Of a stretch of DNA of 64,000 bases, positions 1 through 10,859 are shown piece by piece. How positions within the stretch are numbered: position 1 is the first letter of the stretch; each line of letters opens with the position of its first letter. Source of the stretch: a virus. A program made the position numbers and the translations under genes. The stretch lies in IMG/VR virus record IMGVR_UViG_3300028394_002801, positions 1-64,000 of that record. The stretch is one strand, 5' to 3'. Under the pieces are notes generated by a model that saw only the letters and a list, made by a program, of their open reading frames with translations, searched no databases and was not told where the DNA came from.

Positions 1-4
1 TTTG

Positions 5-2188
5 TCATACTGAACAACTAATGTCATATGCTATTTTCAAGTTTATGGTTAATACCTGTGATGTTATACTATCTCCTGGGTCTGCTATGATGTTTATTGT
101 ATTTGTTATTAAGTCATAAGACACACTCTGTATTCCAGGGATTCCAGGTAACCCTTTTAGGGGGTTACCAACCAACAAATCAACTATTGAATCAACATAA
201 ACCGAATCTGCTGGCACATCTGTTCTTGTATATCCTGTGTAAAATGTGTATCCACTTGTTACTCCGCTTGGCTCTAATGTGCATTCTGTTCTGAAAACTG
301 CCGAATTTAAATTACATTTTGGATCGGTTATAGTGGTTGATCCGCTAAACTCCATATTCACCAAATCACTAAAACCCTCATTTAAAAAATCCAATAATCC
401 AAAGTTATTTAATGGTTGTAATGAAAAATTTTGTGAATCCACAACATATATCTTATATGATGTGTTTACACTAAAACAATTTATGGATGTTTCTCTTGTT
501 AATGTGCAACCGTTTGCATCTTGTAATGTCAAACTATAATTCCCCGTTGTTAATCCTGTTGCTGTTATGTATTGTGGGTTTCCACTTACATTGCTTGACC
601 ATGTGAATGTGAATGGTGGTGTACCATTTGTAATTAGTGCTGTGATTGATGCATCATCACCATTTACACAAGATGTGGGAAATAATGAAAAATCAATTCC
701 ATTGCTTGATGTAACTTGTATATTGTCCTTCTGTTCGCAGCCTGTTGCATCCACAACTCTTAACTCATATTGACCATCTGCTATATTCTGGAATGTAACT
801 CCTGTCAAATTTGTGTCAATTATTGAGGTTGTATTCAAATAGAAATCATATGGTGGTGTTGCCCCGGTGCTTATATATGCAAATATGCTTCCATTGTTTG
901 AACTACAAGTTGTTCCAGTTGTGGAATAACCTAATGTGAATTTATCCTCTGCTATGATTGTTATCTCTTCATCATAATAACAACCTATGGAATCTTGCAT
1001 ATAAGCAGTATATGTTCCACTAGATAAATTTTCAAATATATGATTTGTAAATGTTGTGGTAATAATTGTTGTATCACCACTTGGAGTTATCAACCCATAA
1101 TTATACGGTCCAGTCCCCCCAACAACGCTAATATTTATTAACCCATTTGATGCTGAACAAGTTGAATTAGTCCCATCAATTGAAACTGATGTTACCCCAT
1201 TGTCATTATTTAATGATGCAGTAAAATCTAATGTACATAATCCAGCATCAATAACTGAAATATCATAATCCCCAGAAGTCAATCCACTAATTACAAAATT
1301 TCTATCATAAGTTATAGCATAATACCCAGTATTTGCTGAATAATAGAAGGGAGCAGTACCACCACTTATGGTAATATTTAATGCCCCAGTTGCTGTAAAA
1401 CAATTTGGTTGTGTTAAAGTAATTTGCTGAACCCCTAATGAATCAGTATTAAGAACTTCAATACTTTTAGTTTTTGAATTACCTTGCCCATCTGTAACAT
1501 TTACAGAATATATGCCAGAAGTCAACCCAGTTAATGTACTACCTGTTGTATTATCAACCCAAAGATAAGAATATGGCCCAGGATTTGTTTGTCCTGTTAC
1601 AAATATCTTCCCTGCTGGTGTAGAATTGCAAGATGAATTATTAATAACATATAAACCAAAGTCAAAAGCGTTTGATGTCTTAATAATGAAACTTTCTGTT
1701 TTTGCTGTACATCCACCAAAATCATTAGCCGTTAAATAATATGTCCCAGCACTCAAACTACCAAATTCAACTAAATCTGAATTATTTGTTTGAGTATATA
1801 TTAAATCACCATTAGTAGAATAAAGATTGTAATCAACCGCAGAAAAAGCAGATGTTGTTGATGCACTAACTGAACCATTATTTTCCCCATTGTTTGTATT
1901 GACTGTTGACACAATTGATGCACAACAGCCACTAGAAACTGGTATGTTTATATAAAATTCTAAATTCTGTCCTAACGTGGAATCATTAACCCTAACACCA
2001 TATGTTGTTCCAGATAACCCAGTTTGGTATATTGGGAATACATCTGTTGTAATAGCAACCCCCAAAGGTGGATCAACCCACTCAATGGTATATGGGGATG
2101 TCCCTCCATCTAAAGATATTGATACTGCACCAACACTTGTGTTTGAACAATCCCCAGTTACGCTTAAAAAATAATCAAATGCCGCCAT
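5..2188 (-). CDS. SprB-repeat-containing virion/baseplate-associated adhesin-like protein
   Basis: 727 aa with tandem ~80-aa beta modules of pattern C..(N/D)G.I...(I/V).GGT.PY.Y.W...L..G.Y...V.D..GC, typical of SprB repeats. Last gene of the baseplate cluster in this window. Confidence 0.65.
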   Translation of the reverse strand: MAAFDYFLSVTGDCSNTSVGAVSISLDGGTSPYTIEWVDPPLGVAITTDVFPIYQTGLSGTTYGVRVNDSTLGQNLEFYINIPVSSGCCASIVSTVNTNNGENNGSVSASTTSAFSAVDYNLYSTNGDLIYTQTNNSDLVEFGSLSAGTYYLTANDFGGCTAKTESFIIKTSNAFDFGLYVINNSSCNSTPAGKIFVTGQTNPGPYSYLWVDNTTGSTLTGLTSGIYSVNVTDGQGNSKTKSIEVLNTDSLGVQQITLTQPNCFTATGALNITISGGTAPFYYSANTGYYAITYDRNFVISGLTSGDYDISVIDAGLCTLDFTASLNNDNGVTSVSIDGTNSTCSASNGLINISVVGGTGPYNYGLITPSGDTTIITTTFTNHIFENLSSGTYTAYMQDSIGCYYDEEITIIAEDKFTLGYSTTGTTCSSNNGSIFAYISTGATPPYDFYLNTTSIIDTNLTGVTFQNIADGQYELRVVDATGCEQKDNIQVTSSNGIDFSLFPTSCVNGDDASITALITNGTPPFTFTWSSNVSGNPQYITATGLTTGNYSLTLQDANGCTLTRETSINCFSVNTSYKIYVVDSQNFSLQPLNNFGLLDFLNEGFSDLVNMEFSGSTTITDPKCNLNSAVFRTECTLEPSGVTSGYTFYTGYTRTDVPADSVYVDSIVDLLVGNPLKGLPGIPGIQSVSYDLITNTINIIADPGDSITSQVLTINLKIAYDISCSV

Positions 2189-2192
2189 CTTT

Positions 2193-5177
2193 TTAACAAA
2201 TTATATTTACATCAACCCCAACATTTATTGTTAATAATTTGTTTGTTGCAATTTCATCAACACAATCCAAATCAATAAACTTAATAACACCATTAATAGG
2301 TGTTGTATAATTTATATCATAATAATATAAGTTAGATAATGCGTTAATCAACGATGTTTGCCATAAATCATTTGTTGGAACATCATCATTACCAATTCCA
2401 TCATAAAACTTAACCTTTGCAACAATGGTTGAATTCAACACAATCTCACTATACCAACTAGTCAATACATTAGTCCCATCACAACTCAAATCAAGTTCCT
2501 CAATTGTTGAACCAATTGCATTCCCCAGAATAACTGGGAATGTTTCTAATGGTGTTGCCACCAAACTAATGCCATTCTTAATACAAATATCTGAAAATAT
2601 TGGTGAAGTAATAAACTCATCTCCACTTGCAATTGGTGTAAGTGAACTAATATAAACATCAAGATTAGATGTTGTAATTACTTTAGGTTCATTTCCTGTA
2701 CACCCACTCATCACCCTCTTATAAACATATTTTTGCTTATGGAATATGGAATTCTCAAATTTAAGACCCCCCATCCATAATGTTGTTGCTGGTATCATCT
2801 GTTCAACCAACTTAATCCAATATGGGTTTATACCCTCAACAAACTTAATTAATTTCTCATATGTATATTTGTTTGTTGGTATATTAACCGTATATGGTGA
2901 TTCAATATATTTCCAAAAAATGGATTGCAACGTTGGGTATCCCCCGGTCTTACCATCATTAATGTACATCCTATTACGCACATTAATCATATTCTTTGCA
3001 AATGTTGCGGCAAACTCAAAAAATGATTTTGATTTTGGTTGTGGGTTTATCTCTGTTGCATCAGTCCCACCAGTTGTTGCATAAGGGAACGTCAAGCCAC
3101 TTTGTGGTATTGGGTAATCATACTCATTAGATTGAACCCAAACATCATACAGAAGCCCTTGTGAGGGGTTTAAAAATATACTAGTGTTTTTGACATTCAA
3201 TAACAATCTTTCATCACTAACAAAATAATAAGCATTATAACTTCCATCCACAGAAACCCTCATCAATGTATTATCCCTTGACCAAGATTTCTTATTATCC
3301 ACATATTTGGATAAGGTAAAACCCTCATCAATATATGGAAACTTCCTAAAAATATTTAAATACTTATTACCATATGTGAATGGCTCAAACTCTGTTCCAT
3401 ATTCAATATTTGGTGCAACCCCAGTTCTTGTTGCTATTTCAAGGCTTTTATGCTTGGGGGTTAATTGATACCATCCAGCACCCATCTGAAAGAATAGTTG
3501 GTCACTATCTTTTGGCTGTTTGGGATAACCTGTCAATCTATCTAAAGGGTAATTTGTTGTGTTAAAATTAACAATTAATGATGTGGTGTTTTCTGTAATT
3601 GCTGTGTATGTATAACCTGATAAGGTATATGTACTAGCACTAAACACAGGATCACTATCAATATAATTCCCTGTCTGTATCTTTGATAAATCTGAATTAA
3701 ATTTTGTTAGATTTATCTTTTGGTCAGCAATATATATATGCTCATTAAATTCTACCAACGCCTCTGGCGCACCAAACAACCTAAGTATAAACTCAATTGA
3801 ACGCCTTGTACCTTTTGATTTAAATAAGTAAAATGAATTGATGACCAAATTCCTATAAAAAGAATAATTCAATTCTAGTGGAGTTTGTGACCTATTATAT
3901 GCAGGATATTTAAAATCACTATTATCCCCAAATATGGATTCAATTAATGTCTGGTCTGTTAAGAATTGGAAATTTTCTTGCCACCCTAGTGTTTGTCCCA
4001 AATTCACCAATAATTGTGAAGGTATGTCATTCTTTGGGGTATAATTAACTGAATTCATATATGCCAAAGAATCAATGAACTTCTTAACCTCATCAAAACT
4101 TCTACCATATATTTGAAGCATACTTTCAATTCTCCTATCAAATGTATCAAATTCCTTCAATGAATCTGAAACAAAAAATCTTGATATAAGATTTGTTCTA
4201 GCATTATCAAAATAATTTGCAATAACTTGGATATTATCCAAGTATGCAGAAAAACTTTCACTTAAAATATCTATATTCCAAACCCCATCTAAAGGAAAGG
4301 TTATGTTTGTATCCACTAATGTAAATTGACCATTATCATTTTCTTGTGGCACTTGTAAGGTCATTGTATAAATGGGTGAAGATAATGTATTTAACATAAA
4401 TTGCTCCAACTCATCCAACTGACTCTTCAATACCAAATTATATAGAAAATCACTTGGCCTAATTATAAAAGATTGAGCACTATTGGTTGATGATACACCA
4501 AATGGTGAACCTGAAACTGTTATAGTTAGAGTACCCTCTGTTAAACTTTCAGAAGGATTCAAAATAACCAAGGGGTAAACAACCCCATTTATAGATAATA
4601 CATAATCAACATAATACTTTGTCAAATCCCTATATTCAGAAACAGCAATCTCATTTGCCAATAAATTAATTGCTGAATTTTGGCTAAAATCAACACCAAA
4701 AGGATTGTATATCTTCTCTATGTTAATATCAAAAGTTGTATCATCTGTAATAGCATCATAAACAATATTTGTTGCAGTATAACCAGTATTTAAATTGTTG
4801 TCATAAAAATTAACATCAATTGATGCCGGAAAATTATTTATTACATTTGTTATGGATACAGAAAATCTTTTGGATAATGATCCATACATAACAAAATTCA
4901 TAACTTGGGTTATGTCATAATTTGGATAAACATCTAATTGCTTTGATATTGCTGTTTTAACATCCCCAATATCATTAATTCCCAAACTTTCCAAACTGAC
5001 TGGTGCATCAAAAACATTTGTTTCAAATTTACGTGGATTAGTCTCAAATATAGATGGCGTGAATTCAAATGTACCAAAAGTCAAACCACCCCCTGTTACA
5101 AGTTGGTATCCAACCAAGTTGTCAAAAACACTACTAGCACCAGCAAGGGGGTTATTCTTAATGTAAATTATTGGCAT
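2193..5177 (-). CDS. baseplate wedge protein (P2 gpI / T4 gp7-like)
   Basis: 994 aa; YLFKSKGTRRSIEFILRLFG matches the KGT..(S/G)I...L..fG signature of gpI/gp7-like wedge proteins; lies in the baseplate cluster. Confidence 0.5.
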   Translation of the reverse strand: MPIIYIKNNPLAGASSVFDNLVGYQLVTGGGLTFGTFEFTPSIFETNPRKFETNVFDAPVSLESLGINDIGDVKTAISKQLDVYPNYDITQVMNFVMYGSLSKRFSVSITNVINNFPASIDVNFYDNNLNTGYTATNIVYDAITDDTTFDINIEKIYNPFGVDFSQNSAINLLANEIAVSEYRDLTKYYVDYVLSINGVVYPLVILNPSESLTEGTLTITVSGSPFGVSSTNSAQSFIIRPSDFLYNLVLKSQLDELEQFMLNTLSSPIYTMTLQVPQENDNGQFTLVDTNITFPLDGVWNIDILSESFSAYLDNIQVIANYFDNARTNLISRFFVSDSLKEFDTFDRRIESMLQIYGRSFDEVKKFIDSLAYMNSVNYTPKNDIPSQLLVNLGQTLGWQENFQFLTDQTLIESIFGDNSDFKYPAYNRSQTPLELNYSFYRNLVINSFYLFKSKGTRRSIEFILRLFGAPEALVEFNEHIYIADQKINLTKFNSDLSKIQTGNYIDSDPVFSASTYTLSGYTYTAITENTTSLIVNFNTTNYPLDRLTGYPKQPKDSDQLFFQMGAGWYQLTPKHKSLEIATRTGVAPNIEYGTEFEPFTYGNKYLNIFRKFPYIDEGFTLSKYVDNKKSWSRDNTLMRVSVDGSYNAYYFVSDERLLLNVKNTSIFLNPSQGLLYDVWVQSNEYDYPIPQSGLTFPYATTGGTDATEINPQPKSKSFFEFAATFAKNMINVRNRMYINDGKTGGYPTLQSIFWKYIESPYTVNIPTNKYTYEKLIKFVEGINPYWIKLVEQMIPATTLWMGGLKFENSIFHKQKYVYKRVMSGCTGNEPKVITTSNLDVYISSLTPIASGDEFITSPIFSDICIKNGISLVATPLETFPVILGNAIGSTIEELDLSCDGTNVLTSWYSEIVLNSTIVAKVKFYDGIGNDDVPTNDLWQTSLINALSNLYYYDINYTTPINGVIKFIDLDCVDEIATNKLLTINVGVDVNIIC

Positions 5178-6070
5178 TATTCTATTATATTATCAAAATT
5201 TTTGCTTATGTCTATATCATCACCCCTATCTTCCCTAACCTCATATAACAACTCATTAAACTGATTTCTAACCTCAAATAGATTATATTGTCTATATATG
5301 TTGTTTGCTGGGTCATATAATGTATAAACCCCATCTTCAATAGATTTGGTCTGATTGCCAAATATCCCAATTGCTAATGTGGATATATCATGCTCGGCTA
5401 TCTCAATTTCCAATGTTGTGGGATTGAAATAGGTGTTGGTTATAATTATGTTTTGATTTGGCTGGCCAATAAAAGGTGTTGCATTTGTCTTGTTTGAAGG
5501 CGAACTACTTGGGCTTAAAGTCAAGAAAACCAAATTGGTGTTGTTATCAACATACCTATATCTAATTGATTTTTGGTTTGTATTCACCTCATTTGTTACA
5601 ATTGGCTCACAAAAGAAAGATGATGTTATTAACCTAAAGAAGTTTGGAACTTTCTGCCCATTATTCAAATATTCAACCCTATACCCAACCAATTCTTGGG
5701 GAACTTCAAACTTATTTCTAAAATCATCTGGAACATCATCCAGATTTATAACAATACCCTTTACATTTGGTAATGCACTCAAAACTCCACAATCATTTAT
5801 TTTTGTCCTTATTTGTGCTGGTCTTAAATATAATGTATAATAACCAAGTGCTGTAAATTCAGACGCTGGTAATGTCAAATTATATAACCCACCCAATATC
5901 TCATTAGGATGCTCACTATCAAAATAAGGTTTTAATATGGTTGTTGCATCCAATCTTTTTTGTGAAATCAAATCTGCCTGATCCCTTGTTGGTGCATATA
6001 CCATTACTATCTCCACATCTTCAGGGCTTACATCACTAGGTCTAACTGTTCCATATGTGCCAATTGCCAT
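5177..6070 (-). CDS. hypothetical virion (baseplate-region) protein
   Basis: 297-aa ORF with the TATTTATA motif upstream; TAATG-coupled to the next gene. Confidence 0.55.
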   Translation of the reverse strand: MAIGTYGTVRPSDVSPEDVEIVMVYAPTRDQADLISQKRLDATTILKPYFDSEHPNEILGGLYNLTLPASEFTALGYYTLYLRPAQIRTKINDCGVLSALPNVKGIVINLDDVPDDFRNKFEVPQELVGYRVEYLNNGQKVPNFFRLITSSFFCEPIVTNEVNTNQKSIRYRYVDNNTNLVFLTLSPSSSPSNKTNATPFIGQPNQNIIITNTYFNPTTLEIEIAEHDISTLAIGIFGNQTKSIEDGVYTLYDPANNIYRQYNLFEVRNQFNELLYEVREDRGDDIDISKNFDNIIE

Positions 6071-6086
6071 ATTATTATATTTTTAT

Positions 6087-6094
6087 TATAAATA
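6087..6094 (-). promoter_or_regulatory. putative phage late promoter TATTTATA
   Basis: motif 16 nt upstream of the ATG at 6070; recurs at similar spacing before about 14 genes. Confidence 0.55.
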
Positions 6095-6104
6095 GTTTAG
6101 TTCT

Positions 6105-7151
6105 TTATTTATTTGTTAATTTAAAATACCCGTATCCATATTTTTCCATATCTTGCAATGTCTTTACCTCACCAAGCCTCTGAACCTTTTCATAACCTGA
6201 ATTTTTACCCCTCTCCACAAAAACATTTGAGAAAATCTGCACATCATCTACTGATTTGATTAAAGCCTCATTCTTTGTGATAGGAACTAATTTAGCAGTA
6301 TCTTTGGTCAATCCTTTGCTCTTAACCTCAAAAGTTGTAACACCAAAAGGATAATCTACGTATTTGATGTCTTGTATTGTATATGCTGTAAACGAGTCGG
6401 TTATATTTGTTACTTTACCATAAATGGCACCATCTTTAAACACATCAACACCAGATTTGTAGGAAGTCTTTCCATACAATTCCAACTCAAGCAAATTTGA
6501 TTTTGTATATCCTGTAATAGTTACCTCACCATCATATATATAATCATCAATATCCATACCTGTATCACCAGTAAAAATATAATCATAACTTATTGGAGTA
6601 TCTTTCCAAGGACCCCCACTTGGAATAAACTCTACTGTACCATTTGGATTATCACTAACCTTATCTTTATCAAAAGGAATGGTTATAGTCTTGCTAATGA
6701 TATTTGTTCCAAAATTGTTTTTTTGTATTAATGTTATGACATATTTTGCATTTGTTTTTGGATAGACATGACAGCTCTTAATATCACCCATGGGCTCAAC
6801 CTTGCTATTATCCCCCCAGTATATTTGATAATCTGATCCTTTGCTATATGAACTCAAAATTGATGTATTATATATACAGTATTCATATTTATTTTCTGCA
6901 CTAAATACATAATTTAACACGGTTTCCTTTTGCTGTATTGCACCATCAAACTCTGAATAATACCCAGTGTCAATACAATCTTGAGTTAATAAAATGGGAA
7001 TTGTAAGACCAGTCAAGGATGATGCCCCATTTACCCCACTATTCAATAAACTAGTCATTCCTGTATAAACACCAAAGGTATTACCACTATAAGTAATTTC
7101 CTTAACTATGGACGATAATGACTCAGGGGATATTTTAATTTTATATACCAT
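6105..7151 (-). CDS. virion protein with PKD/Ig-like domain
   Basis: 348 aa; YQIYWGDNS...HVYP...KYVITL resembles the PKD WxFGDG...H.Y...G.Y.V.L pattern. Confidence 0.5.
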   Translation of the reverse strand: MVYKIKISPESLSSIVKEITYSGNTFGVYTGMTSLLNSGVNGASSLTGLTIPILLTQDCIDTGYYSEFDGAIQQKETVLNYVFSAENKYEYCIYNTSILSSYSKGSDYQIYWGDNSKVEPMGDIKSCHVYPKTNAKYVITLIQKNNFGTNIISKTITIPFDKDKVSDNPNGTVEFIPSGGPWKDTPISYDYIFTGDTGMDIDDYIYDGEVTITGYTKSNLLELELYGKTSYKSGVDVFKDGAIYGKVTNITDSFTAYTIQDIKYVDYPFGVTTFEVKSKGLTKDTAKLVPITKNEALIKSVDDVQIFSNVFVERGKNSGYEKVQRLGEVKTLQDMEKYGYGYFKLTNK

Positions 7152-7735
7152 TATTTCTTTGTTACATATTCATACCATTTCATAGGATTCTTCTTAACAC
7201 CCACTTGGGTTTCATCCTTAATGTCATAATACTCATAAGTATAAGTATTGTAATTCAAATTTATCTTGTAATAAAAGTCAAAAACTTCATTCAAATTATA
7301 CCTATCACTTGTTGTTGATTGGCAAACATTTGCCATTCTGGTAAATACGCCAGTCTTACCATTAAAGAAGGTTGCACTAACATAAAAAGTATCAAAATTA
7401 AAAACTTCTTTGTCCTTTAACCAATAAACAAAAAATCCTTCTGTATTCTCTGTATAATCCAAAAGATATGTTGGTGTGGTAATACCATCTATTTTAACCC
7501 CATTACTTGCTTGTAATATTGTTGTTATATAAATTTTTTGTGATTTGTTAAATGGAGTATCATAATAATCTATTTTAAAGAAAGAATTATTAAAACTATT
7601 TGACACATTTTTAATATCAGTATCCAAGAAATTATTGCTTGGTGTCATATAAGTTGAACTCCAATTATTGATTGAATCCAATTCCTTTCCATTATGGAAA
7701 TTAAAATTTATATTTAAACTATAATCAATTCCCAT
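7151..7735 (-). CDS. hypothetical baseplate-region protein
   Basis: 194-aa aromatic-rich ORF tightly packed in the operon. Confidence 0.55.
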   Translation of the reverse strand: MGIDYSLNINFNFHNGKELDSINNWSSTYMTPSNNFLDTDIKNVSNSFNNSFFKIDYYDTPFNKSQKIYITTILQASNGVKIDGITTPTYLLDYTENTEGFFVYWLKDKEVFNFDTFYVSATFFNGKTGVFTRMANVCQSTTSDRYNLNEVFDFYYKINLNYNTYTYEYYDIKDETQVGVKKNPMKWYEYVTKK

Positions 7736-7739
7736 TTCA

Positions 7740-8654
7740 TTAATCTTTTATACATCTAATAGAATACCCATTGTTTGGGTCATCCTCTTGAAAATCCAAA
7801 TTATCATTATCGTATTCCAACTGAACCAATTTCTTAAAATTAAGCCCACTTCCATTTGTTTGTGACCAAAATGATGTGGTTTTACCAAAATAATTAAAAT
7901 TACCATTATACAATCTTCTTCCGGCTGGATATGCATTAAAACCACTGCTATTTGTTGCACCATCATTTGGACTATTCCACCATACAAACCCGGCTGTTTT
8001 CATCTTACCCCCAGCAACACTATTACCACCAAGATAAGTGCTTAATGTTGTTAATTCAGCATTTGTTGGCACATGCCACCCAGTGGGACATAAGCCACCA
8101 CCATTTGATGTAGCATACCAATTGTATAAATACCCAAAACAATTATCAATAGAATTATTATATGCACAATAAGCACCACTACTTGTATTTTTCCAAGTTG
8201 TGGGATTTGTCACATATGGAATGATTGTTCCATTTTTATACCTTGTTGTCCTCAAATTCTCTGTAAACCAAGTTTGTGTTCCAATTACTGCTGTACCATA
8301 ATAATTACCATCATAATCCCTAACATAAGTTGTACCAGAACAAGTATTGACACTTGTCAAAACACCACTTGAATTAATGTTGAATACAGTTCCCTTTGTA
8401 CTGCTAACATACCAACCTTCAGGTAATATCTCATAACCAGTATCTGTCCCAATGTAAATAATATCATTAATTTCTATTTTCTGTGGAGTTCTTTGGTTTG
8501 TCACATATAACTTATCAAAATCCCCCACACAAGTTGTTGGTGTTGTTGTGCAAAATATTGAATTACAAGCATCCCCACTAGTTGTATAATTATACCAAGT
8601 ACCACAACCACTTGGGGTTGGTGCTGAACCTCCATATATGTTAAAATCTGTCAT
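7740..8654 (-). CDS. Fibrobacter succinogenes major paralogous (FISUMP / Fib_succ_major) domain protein
   Basis: Motifs DYDGNYY..IGTQTWFTENL, GYLYNWYA, LCPTGWHVP, GATNSSGF, GYSIRCIKD. The ATG at 8654 is preferred over the TTG start at 8666 in the ORF track. Confidence 0.85.
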   Translation of the reverse strand: MTDFNIYGGSAPTPSGCGTWYNYTTSGDACNSIFCTTTPTTCVGDFDKLYVTNQRTPQKIEINDIIYIGTDTGYEILPEGWYVSSTKGTVFNINSSGVLTSVNTCSGTTYVRDYDGNYYGTAVIGTQTWFTENLRTTRYKNGTIIPYVTNPTTWKNTSSGAYCAYNNSIDNCFGYLYNWYATSNGGGLCPTGWHVPTNAELTTLSTYLGGNSVAGGKMKTAGFVWWNSPNDGATNSSGFNAYPAGRRLYNGNFNYFGKTTSFWSQTNGSGLNFKKLVQLEYDNDNLDFQEDDPNNGYSIRCIKD

Positions 8655-8659
8655 ATTTA

Positions 8660-9202
8660 TTAACAATTTTGTTTAAATGCTATTAAATTATTTGATGAAT
8701 AATATCTTAATTCAGTTGGTGTTACAGTTGGAGTTGGTGTTGGTGTAATTGTTTTAGTTGGTGTTATTGTTGGGCTTAATGTTATTGATGGGGTTATTGA
8801 AGGTGTTACTGTATTTGTTGGTGTTATAGTTGGCATAATTGATGCTGTTGGAGTTATAGTTGGAGTAATTGTTTTAGTTGGGGTGGGTGTAGGTGTTGAA
8901 TTAATTGTTTTGGTTGGTGTAGGAGTAATTGTTTTAGTTGGGGTGGGTGTAGCCGTTTTGTTTGGTGTAGCCGTTGGTGTTGGTGTCTTTGATGGGTTGG
9001 GGAAACCTTCAATCAGTCCCCTATGTGAAAATCGAACAACCTCGTAATCAGTTAATGCATTTATAGAGTTTGTTAAAATATATTCCCCATAACTATTTAT
9101 GGTATCTTGATGCCCAGCATTATCAAAATCTACCTTAATAGGTAAACTTATTGTCAAGTCATTTAATCTTGGTTGTAGTAATCTATATTTATTCACACTC
9201 AT
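8660..9202 (-). CDS. virion protein with Thr/Pro-rich C-terminal stalk
   Basis: 180 aa, of which about 90 aa are TPT(K/P/I)T repeats (approx. 8712-8990). Confidence 0.7.
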   Translation of the reverse strand: MSVNKYRLLQPRLNDLTISLPIKVDFDNAGHQDTINSYGEYILTNSINALTDYEVVRFSHRGLIEGFPNPSKTPTPTATPNKTATPTPTKTITPTPTKTINSTPTPTPTKTITPTITPTASIMPTITPTNTVTPSITPSITLSPTITPTKTITPTPTPTVTPTELRYYSSNNLIAFKQNC

Positions 9203-10859
9203 CTATCACTGGTTTTTTAACTAAAGGCACAACACCAGTTGATCCTATTATTCTTTTTGATTTAGTAACAACCTGCTCATAATAGTCGTAGCCCTCTGGA
9301 AATAACTTTAAAACATTATTAACAAAGGGATAAAATGAACCATTTACAAATGGATAATTAACTCCATTGTTATTTTCATCAAAAAATCCAACACTATAAA
9401 TATCCCTCCATCTAAATTGACCATCCACCTTTGAATAAAATGCATAATTTGGAACATTATCTGCCAAGTTCTTATCAACCGTTTCAACATAATCTGAAAA
9501 TACCTTTAGTTTTAATTTATTGTGTGGCTTATAATAATATCCTGATTTATTATTATCATAATTTGAAACTCTAAAAACACTTTCAGAATGTTTTATCTTA
9601 TGATATAATTCAGATATTATAATTTCCTCTTGATTGTAAGCATTGTATTCACAAAAATCGCCATCAATTATGTCAGACAATAATTTAAAATATTTAAAAT
9701 TGTTTTGTTTTTCATCAAAATAATTCTCAACAGTAATATCCACATTTGAATTTGATGTAGAATTATCCCACCAACTATTTGTTGGTTCTGTTATGTTAAA
9801 TAACCAACCTTTCTTTATCACATCAAAAAAACCAGAATATCCTTTATATATTGCAGTTAAATATAATTCAGTTAGGGGTCTATTTTGATTATCAATAAGG
9901 TCATCAATACTTACATCATCAGTTAATGTGAAATTATATGATATATTGGAAGTTTTTTTAACATATGAAAATTTATCTCCAATAAAACTCAAAACTTTTG
10001 GCTCATCATATGCATTTGTTTCAAATCCTGATTTTGTTATAGTAATTTTATCTGAATTACTAATAACCTTATGCTTTCTAACATAATAACTAGAAATAGT
10101 TTCACCACTATTTTCAATAAATAAAACCCTTTTTAATGCACCAAGTTTATTGTCTGAAATATTATTATCAATATTTAATATATTTAAAACAAAATTCTCT
10201 GATCCAACAGTACCATCACCAAATGAAAATATTTCATAAGCCCTACTAACTGAATCTATCTTAACAATTATAGATTCACCTTCATTTACATTATGAGGCA
10301 ATGCACAATTAATTCTAACAATATCAAAACCACCTTGTACAACCAAGTCAGTTACAAATGGTATCCCATCTTCTGCAACCCAATCATAGAATCTATCTCC
10401 TATTTTAACATTTAAATTTTGTTTACTATCCCCGGTATAAGGGTAAGTAATATAATAATCCCAGTTATATTTAAAAGCATTGATTGTTTCATAACCAAAA
10501 GAATTTGCTACATTTGGTCTAAAGAAATCAAATTCATATGATGGCAAAAATCCTTTATCCACATTTGATATTGATGTTGAAGTTTTGTTGTTTATGTTAT
10601 ATATCAACTGTGATTTATATTTACTATTAGTTGTTCCAGAATAAAAATTATCATATAAATAATTAATTTTAAACGTTGGTCTTACTTTAAATGAATTTGT
10701 TTTTTCTTGGCTATATAATTTCTTTAAATCAACAACAACATCTCTGTCAAACTCAATAAGTTCTTTCCTTGTGCTATCAAAATTTATGGATACCTGTGAA
10801 TTAGTGTCATCACCAATTTTATTCTTAAATACATTAGGTACAATATGAAACTTATTCAT
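9189..10859 (-). CDS. hypothetical baseplate-region protein
   Basis: 556-aa ORF overlapping both neighbours in the structural operon. Confidence 0.55.
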   Translation of the reverse strand: MNKFHIVPNVFKNKIGDDTNSQVSINFDSTRKELIEFDRDVVVDLKKLYSQEKTNSFKVRPTFKINYLYDNFYSGTTNSKYKSQLIYNINNKTSTSISNVDKGFLPSYEFDFFRPNVANSFGYETINAFKYNWDYYITYPYTGDSKQNLNVKIGDRFYDWVAEDGIPFVTDLVVQGGFDIVRINCALPHNVNEGESIIVKIDSVSRAYEIFSFGDGTVGSENFVLNILNIDNNISDNKLGALKRVLFIENSGETISSYYVRKHKVISNSDKITITKSGFETNAYDEPKVLSFIGDKFSYVKKTSNISYNFTLTDDVSIDDLIDNQNRPLTELYLTAIYKGYSGFFDVIKKGWLFNITEPTNSWWDNSTSNSNVDITVENYFDEKQNNFKYFKLLSDIIDGDFCEYNAYNQEEIIISELYHKIKHSESVFRVSNYDNNKSGYYYKPHNKLKLKVFSDYVETVDKNLADNVPNYAFYSKVDGQFRWRDIYSVGFFDENNNGVNYPFVNGSFYPFVNNVLKLFPEGYDYYEQVVTKSKRIIGSTGVVPLVKKPVIDECE

